A stretch of DNA of 29,203 nucleotides from a virus (lineage: Duplodnaviria; Caudoviricetes), in IMG/VR virus record IMGVR_UViG_3300045999_007911, positions 1 to 29,203 of that record, one strand, 5' to 3'. Shown in pieces: positions 24,501 to 29,203 of the stretch. The notes under the pieces are model-generated. The model searched no databases. It was not told the origin of the DNA and worked only from the letters and a program-made list of their open reading frames with translations. A program made the position numbers and the translations under genes. Every line of letters starts with the position of its first letter. Positions within the stretch are counted from its first letter, which is position 1.

Positions 24501-24923
24501 ATGCAGGACAACGGGCAAAGCTACCTTGACGGAACGGTGTATTACCCTCTCCAGCTCCGTACGGCGTGGATTCAGCCCGCCGGGACGCAGGATTACAGCC
24601 GCTTCCGGTACGCGCAGATCCTCGGGCGTGTCGCCGACGCGCACAACCTGACGATGAACGTCTACTGCGACTTTGACGAGACGACCGTGCGCGCTACGGG
24701 AACGTGGACCGCGGCGCAGCTCGCGCCGGTGGCCTCGACGGTCTACCCGGAGCAGGTGCGGCTCCAGGTGGGCACGCAAAAAACGCAAGCCATCAAGATC
24801 GAATTGTACGACGCCGCGCCCGCCGGTGGTACAACCGGCAAGGGCCCCCAGTTCGTCGGCCTCGCCCTTGAAATGCTTCCGCTTGGCGGAATGCGGCGAC
24901 TTCCAGACACGCGCAAGAGGTAA
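21591..24923 (+). CDS. Tail nozzle / tail tubular protein B-like, 1110 aa
   Basis: F.GGID...D......L..L.N......G...KR.GY N-terminus; beta-propeller-like repeats (FKNRLIV, LILF..SGIY, IGC....SV...P.GL.F, LVYNY..DQWS). Confidence 0.78.
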   Translation: MANEAKPGAGVIVRADFGGGIDQSMDAWRVPPSQLSALVNGRLERVGSVRKRTGYTALTPPISSTAQQPVAALSQGKQTATVELATDNAADNWTRNFVDQRIGNECRRVARSYAPGSTADWVTTGPVSDVVADTIVLDGNAGNIAETVDYATSGEFIFVAKLNEPTSATSAAALTLTQYDRTTRAVISEKTLIWTSARVYVKLLAFDTPQALVVSVAHNSAPGLGTCEFFLYTFSASGLTFVTAPAPTVRQTTISWVDVTAFEGLPEQKYRPLCPFDVIKRGQRLFFVSYSASASAYRAELFDVTASAITSVGNNDFKPAGTADAHVLSACNINNRVAICAGEYQPAASPDYYAAANTNAVLITVDMAAITVNAFSIFPITRTNAAARVAPGRVTVQQYKATDATEARVVGILEQLEYSAPGIVWTHQIVRVGIGESRATADDVLVRLSSAVPSSRMFNLQATTQIPSTDILLTRMPVTVGASVQTFYGRDTGNPVTDFVSNYSSTIGTLAIVGPTATTLTTVAGPVQTIAPRLVPAPPPSPIQISGQWYVPQLVALDGSAGFGVALVRLTERSVGDVSPGNFGGLPVYPGGVLQQIDGERVGEVTLADRPHVWFVSATNAGAVDDFAAGDYLIQAVASYRDSAGNIHRSTPSDPYRMVVGATTARTWTIYYSPTSYTNRNDVSLEFYVTETNGTILRSWFTRPNPTVGSVATFVVNDPQAGGTGLPSLDSTTIYTTGGVLPFVPVPSCRFATLFKNRLIVGGADDPKSVYYSNGPTAYQAPAFAVGNVIRMEHESGCTAAGNVDDKLILFSSSGIYATFGQFRDATGAGDALAELESIHDYIGCTQPLSVFGIPTGLIFFGSDGLFYLIDTRLGLVPIGLKVQDVTRGTGSGAFNVVQGAVHIEAEREVRFYMQDPLSGLGAALVYNYQVDQWSFDLINDPSTSSLPGGWAGACFSEALRCFVVTPSTYMQDNGQSYLDGTVYYPLQLRTAWIQPAGTQDYSRFRYAQILGRVADAHNLTMNVYCDFDETTVRATGTWTAAQLAPVASTVYPEQVRLQVGTQKTQAIKIELYDAAPAGGTTGKGPQFVGLALEMLPLGGMRRLPDTRKR

Positions 24924-24928
24924 CGACG

Positions 24929-25678
24929 ATGGCCGGCATTTTTGAGACGATCCTGGAAGCCCCGCAAGCGGCCGTGAGCGCGATCGGTGGCGGTGCGAAA
25001 AAGTATTTCGGTCCGGAGAAAATCCAGCGGCAAGACGTGCTCGGCGTGGGCCAGATTGGCGGCGACCCGAATCGCGTGGAGGACGAATACCAGCGCCGGC
25101 TGCGCGAGCAGCTCGCGCAGCGTCAACGCGCCGAAGAAGCGCGCCTCTACGACGAGCAGCGTCAACGCATCCTTGGCGCGATGCAGCCCTCGACCGTCGC
25201 GGCCGAGGCCGCACGCCAGCAAGCCTACCAAGGCGCGCAAGCGACCCTTGGCGCGGCCCGAAGCCAGGGAGGCATCGCCGGTGCGCAGACGAGCGGCCTC
25301 GCCGCTCTAGGTGCCGGCCAGGCGCAGCAGGCGGGCATGGTCGAAGCTCGCCAGGTGCAGGCGCAGGAGGAGCAACGCAACGCGCTCGCGCAGGCGCAGC
25401 TTGCGGAGATGCTCCGTCAGCAGGAGCTCGCCCGCATTGCGCTCGAGCGCGGCGACGTGGCGCAAGCCCTCGGGGCGCAACGTGCGCTTCTGGTGCCCGA
25501 AATCGAGATGCAGCAGCAGTACGCCGCAGCCGAGGCCGAGCGCGCTCGCCGGATGCAAGGCGCAACGGCGCAGGGCCTCGCGACCCTCGGCGCTTCCGCA
25601 TACGATGCCTATTCGGCATACGAAAAAGAGCAGCAGAAGAAGGCTGACGACGAATTCAAGCGCGTGATGGGGTTCTAA
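24929..25678 (+). CDS. Internal virion / DNA ejection protein
   Basis: A/Q/G-rich helical protein lacking Cys, directly after nozzle gene. Confidence 0.6.
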   Translation: MAGIFETILEAPQAAVSAIGGGAKKYFGPEKIQRQDVLGVGQIGGDPNRVEDEYQRRLREQLAQRQRAEEARLYDEQRQRILGAMQPSTVAAEAARQQAYQGAQATLGAARSQGGIAGAQTSGLAALGAGQAQQAGMVEARQVQAQEEQRNALAQAQLAEMLRQQELARIALERGDVAQALGAQRALLVPEIEMQQQYAAAEAERARRMQGATAQGLATLGASAYDAYSAYEKEQQKKADDEFKRVMGF

Positions 25679-26425
25679 ATGGCGATGCAACCTTTCCAGA
25701 TGCAACCGCGTGCGGTGTCGTTCGGTCAACCGGCCGCGCAGCCCGAGCAGCCTTACGTGGGCAACGTGCCGCCCGAGTTCATGGCGCAGGTGCAGGCCAG
25801 CAAGCAAGCGCAGGAAGAGGAGCGCCGCGCCTACGAGGAGCAGATCGCAAGGCTCCGAGCGATGCCCGGCCAGCAGATCGAGCGCATGTTCGCAGCGCGC
25901 GCCCCGCAGGAAGCCGCGGTGACGGCGCTCGGGCAGCGTGCAGCAACGCTCGAAGGCGGTGCAGCTCTCCAAAGCGTGCAGCAGGCTCGCGAGCGCGCGC
26001 AAGCGCAGGCGATGGTTGCAGCTCGCACCCCGTATGGTGGCAAGGGCGGAAGCCCGGAGGCGGCCATCCTCGGCGGCCAGATCGGCACCGCAGCGGCCTC
26101 GCAGTTCGGCGCGCTTGAGCAAGAGGCGGCAGCGCGTCAAGCGGCCTACCTCCGCGGCCTCGGCGCGCTTGGCCAAGGTCTCGCGAGCGAAGCCGAGCAG
26201 ATGCGCCTCACGGAACAGGAGCTCCTCCGCGACATGCAAACTCGCTTCCTTGCGGCGCAGCGCGCGGCCGGCGGCCTCCAGGAGCGCAGCGCGGCATCGC
26301 GTCAAGCGCAGTTCGGGACGGCCGGCACGGTGGCCGGGACCATCCTCGGCGCTGCGGTGGGAGGCCCCGCCGGTGCAGGTATCGGCGGCAAGCTCGGCGG
26401 TGCGGCCGGCGGCGGTATGGGTTGA
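25679..26425 (+). CDS. Internal virion / ejection protein with C-terminal glycine zipper
   Basis: A/Q-rich; GTVAGTILGAAVGGPAGAGIGGKLGGAAGG. Confidence 0.65.
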   Translation: MAMQPFQMQPRAVSFGQPAAQPEQPYVGNVPPEFMAQVQASKQAQEEERRAYEEQIARLRAMPGQQIERMFAARAPQEAAVTALGQRAATLEGGAALQSVQQARERAQAQAMVAARTPYGGKGGSPEAAILGGQIGTAAASQFGALEQEAAARQAAYLRGLGALGQGLASEAEQMRLTEQELLRDMQTRFLAAQRAAGGLQERSAASRQAQFGTAGTVAGTILGAAVGGPAGAGIGGKLGGAAGGGMG

Positions 26426-26434
26426 GGTAACAGC

Positions 26435-28411
26435 ATGTCCAACGGATTCATGAGCCCAGTTCCGAGCCCGCTCGACTTCAATCCCAACATCCCCGGCGGG
26501 TACGCCGTCCCGGCCGCCGTGCTCGGCTCAACGCCCGGCAGCGCGCAGGCAAGTACGGCCGTGCTCGGCTCCGCGCCCGTCGCGACGCCCGCACCGGCTC
26601 CCGCTCCGCCTCCTCCCACGCGCGTTCCGTATAGCGCCGATTGGTTCACGTTCGGCGGCGCATCGGCGGCGCAACGTCTCCTTGAGCGCGTGGGCGCGGC
26701 GACGATGGGCATCGACACGAGCGCCCCGGCAGCGGCCCCGGCCGCCGCAGCGCCCCAGGCAACGGGCGTGGGCGTGCTTCCGCTTTCGCAGCTCCCGCAG
26801 AGCTTTAGCGGCGTGGGCGCGCAGTATGCCCCGCCGTTGCCCGCAGAGGGCCCTAGCGCGGCCCCGGTGGCGCAAGGCGCACCGATGGCAGCCCCGGCCG
26901 CCGCAGCCCCGCCACGAGGCGCGCAGGGCGCGGGAGCGGGCGTTCCTGATTCGTTTATGGGCGTCGACCTTCGCGGGACGAAGCAAGCGGCTGCGGGCCT
27001 TGGCCAGGTCTCCGAGGTGGGCGGCATCCAGATGGGCGCGCTTACGGGCGAGCGCAAGGCGCTCGAGGAGCGTGCGGGACGACTGACCGAGGCGACGACC
27101 GAGGCCGAGGCGAACCTGGCAAAGGCGCAACAGGCCGAGCAAGCGGTGGCACGCGAGCGCGAGACCCTCGCCGGCCAGCAGGCCGAGGCCGCCCGAGTGG
27201 CCGAAGAAGACGCGGCCATTGAACGCCAGACGCGCCGACTGGCAGCCGAGGACGCGGCAAAGAAGCTCGAGAGCGCGCAAACGGCGCTCGACGAGACCAA
27301 GATCGACGTGGATAAGGCATACGGCGGAGCGGCCGGGCGAATCTTCGCCGGTCTCGCGGTGGCCCTCGGCAGCTTTGGCGCTTCGCTCACGGGCGGCCCC
27401 AATTACGCGATGCAGATCGTCAACGACCGCATCAACCGGGAGCTCGACGCGCAACGCTCGGAGCTCGACAAGGCCAAGGGCAAGGTTTCGGAGCTCGGGC
27501 GCATCCTCCAGAAGAATGAGGATCTGCTTGGCGACGCGACGAAGGCTCGCAACCTGGCGCGCGCGCAGACGTTCACCGCCCTCGCGGCTGACGTAGAAGC
27601 CCGCGCCAAGGGCCGCGAGCTCGCACCGCAGCAGGCGAAGGTGGTTGCAGACCTACGCGCCCGTGCGGCCGCCGAAATGGACCAGCTTCAAGCCGGCATC
27701 CGCGAGACGCAAACGAAGGCGCAGCTTATCCCGGCCGTAGAGCGTCAAGAGCGCGCGCGAGTGGCGGCAGCGGCACGCGCCGCAGCAGGGAAGGAAGAGC
27801 GCGACATTCGCAAGGCCGCGATTCTGGAGAGTATCAAGCAAGGGAACCTTACGATCGACCCGACGACGGGGAACCTTGTGCGCGGCGCGGGCAGCCCTGA
27901 GCAGCAGGAGAAGCTCATCGGCCGCACGACGGCGCTCGTGAAGACGCTGGACGAAAAGAACCTGATTACGGGCCCGCAAAGTATGGCCGAGCTTATGCAG
28001 AGCGTGGGTGTGGACCCGACGACGGGCACCCGCAACCCGAACGCCAACGTGGCCGGGTTCGCCTTTGGGCGCACGAACCCGATGGCGATTAGCTCCGATG
28101 CGCGCGAGATCCGCCGCAAGATCGTGGAGCAGGTCGAATCCGTTGCCAAGGCATCGGGCGGCGTTGTCACCGACAGCGACCGCGAAGGGGCGCTCAAGCG
28201 CATCAACGGATCTGGCACGCTCGACGAGCTCCAGAGCGCCGTGGGCGACTTTTACGGCAAGTATGCCGCGAAGGCCCGCAGCTTCGCAGCCGCAGACCCG
28301 CAGGCCTTCCAGGTCATCGCGCAAAGCAACCCAGCCCTTGCGTCCGTGGTCAACTTCGGCCAGGCGCAACAGGCGGCAACGGCCGCGGGCCTCCGCCGCG
28401 GGGCGCGCTAA
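26435..28411 (+). CDS. Internal virion / ejection protein, 658 aa
   Basis: Pro/Ala-rich N-terminus, coiled coils, hydrophobic IFAGLAVALGSFGASLTGGPN.A..I....I.R...AQ segment; GAGGT SD. Confidence 0.65.
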   Translation: MSNGFMSPVPSPLDFNPNIPGGYAVPAAVLGSTPGSAQASTAVLGSAPVATPAPAPAPPPPTRVPYSADWFTFGGASAAQRLLERVGAATMGIDTSAPAAAPAAAAPQATGVGVLPLSQLPQSFSGVGAQYAPPLPAEGPSAAPVAQGAPMAAPAAAAPPRGAQGAGAGVPDSFMGVDLRGTKQAAAGLGQVSEVGGIQMGALTGERKALEERAGRLTEATTEAEANLAKAQQAEQAVARERETLAGQQAEAARVAEEDAAIERQTRRLAAEDAAKKLESAQTALDETKIDVDKAYGGAAGRIFAGLAVALGSFGASLTGGPNYAMQIVNDRINRELDAQRSELDKAKGKVSELGRILQKNEDLLGDATKARNLARAQTFTALAADVEARAKGRELAPQQAKVVADLRARAAAEMDQLQAGIRETQTKAQLIPAVERQERARVAAAARAAAGKEERDIRKAAILESIKQGNLTIDPTTGNLVRGAGSPEQQEKLIGRTTALVKTLDEKNLITGPQSMAELMQSVGVDPTTGTRNPNANVAGFAFGRTNPMAISSDAREIRRKIVEQVESVAKASGGVVTDSDREGALKRINGSGTLDELQSAVGDFYGKYAAKARSFAAADPQAFQVIAQSNPALASVVNFGQAQQAATAAGLRRGAR

Positions 28412-29203
28412 TGGCCGACGTAACGATCCGCACCCCGCAAGGCGAGCTCTTCACCGGCCCGCAAGAGCGTGTCGCGAAGTTCCAGGAGCTCATCCCTGGC
28501 GCGCAGGTGCTCACGCCCGAGCAGGCGACCGAGGCCGCACGCGTCGAGGCGCTGCGCGAGGAGCAAGGCGGCCTCACGGGCGCGGGCGTGCAGTTCGCCG
28601 AGAGCCTCATCGAGGGCGGGACGGCGCTCCCCATCGGCCAGGCGCTCGAGCGCGCCTATGGGCGTCTCAAGGGTGGCGAGCAAGGCGAGCAAGAGGCCAT
28701 CGAGCGGATGCGCATCCGCGAGGAGCAGCAACCCGCAGCAGCCCTCGCAGGCCAGGCCATCGGCTTCGGTGGCGCGGCGCTCGTGCCGGGCGTCGGCGAA
28801 GCCGTGGGCGCGGCCCGTGCGGCCCGCTTCGCGACAACCGTCCCGCGTGCGATCATGGGCCTTGGTGGCCGTGCGGCGGCGCTTGCGGAAGCGCGCGTGG
28901 CTCAAGAGGGCATCAAGCGCGGCATCGCGGGCGCAGCAGCTCGCGGCGTGGCGGAAGGCGCAGCCCTCGGCACCGGCCAGCTCGCCAAAGACGTGGTGCT
29001 TGACCGCGACATCAGCGGCGAGCTTGTGGCCGAGCGCATTCTAGGTGGCGCACTCATCGGCGGCGCGGGCGGTGCGCTTTTCGAAGGCCTTGGACAAGCC
29101 GCGGTGAAGGCAGCGGAAGCAGCCGGCGCAGGAACCGCGCTCGGTCTCGCTGGCGCTGGCCTTGGTGGCGCTATGTTCGGCGTCCCCGGCGCGGCGGCCG
29201 GTG
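28411..29203 (+). CDS. Large internal virion / ejection protein, N-terminal part (3'-truncated); not in ORF track
   Basis: TAATG overlap; open to window end: MADVTIRTPQGELFTG...; G/A-rich glycine-zipper segments. Confidence 0.7.
   Translation, partial: MADVTIRTPQGELFTGPQERVAKFQELIPGAQVLTPEQATEAARVEALREEQGGLTGAGVQFAESLIEGGTALPIGQALERAYGRLKGGEQGEQEAIERMRIREEQQPAAALAGQAIGFGGAALVPGVGEAVGAARAARFATTVPRAIMGLGGRAAALAEARVAQEGIKRGIAGAAARGVAEGAALGTGQLAKDVVLDRDISGELVAERILGGALIGGAGGALFEGLGQAAVKAAEAAGAGTALGLAGAGLGGAMFGVPGAAAG

Noticed and set aside
22521-25619. Long minus-strand ORFs (529 and 494 aa)
   Set aside because: Shadows of nozzle and ejection genes; low-complexity R/A/G translation and no SD.
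26516-26571. 14-bp direct repeat GCCGTGCTCGGCTC
   Set aside because: Simple in-frame duplication (AVLGS) in a low-complexity protein region.

Overview
High-GC dsDNA tailed-phage sequence with podovirus-type morphogenesis. Every credible gene lies on the + strand, and most are joined by overlapping stop/start (RTGA) junctions. Gene order: C-terminus of a tail fibre and two small fibre-associated genes (1-991); lysis/membrane region with holin-like and lipoprotein genes, two small basic proteins and a GH73 endolysin (988-3272); sigma70-like promoter with a palindromic operator (3310-3351); recombination module of ERF annealase, PD-(D/E)XK nuclease and an acidic-tail protein (3784-5755); a Cro-like HTH gene with a second identical operator (5804-6017); an array of short accessory genes with conserved junction sequences (6004-9210); replication initiator with internal iteron-like repeats, DnaB-like helicase, RusA-like resolvase and Zn-finger genes (9328-12984); a structured non-coding segment; then terS, GNAT, terL, portal, scaffold, major capsid, head-tail/nozzle proteins and four internal/ejection proteins, the last truncated by the window end. 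No integrase, polymerase, CRISPR array, reverse transcriptase or canonical tRNA was seen. Most notable: an 18-bp operator that supplies the -35 at one promoter and the -10 of an apparently leaderless repressor transcript at the other; two candidate antisense structured RNAs (one OOP-like, one tRNA-sized and ending in ACCA); Pro-stop/SD junction cassettes; an endolysin with a cationic hydrophobic C-terminal tail; and a gene overlapping both GNAT and terL. All family calls come from motif recognition by eye, not database searches.
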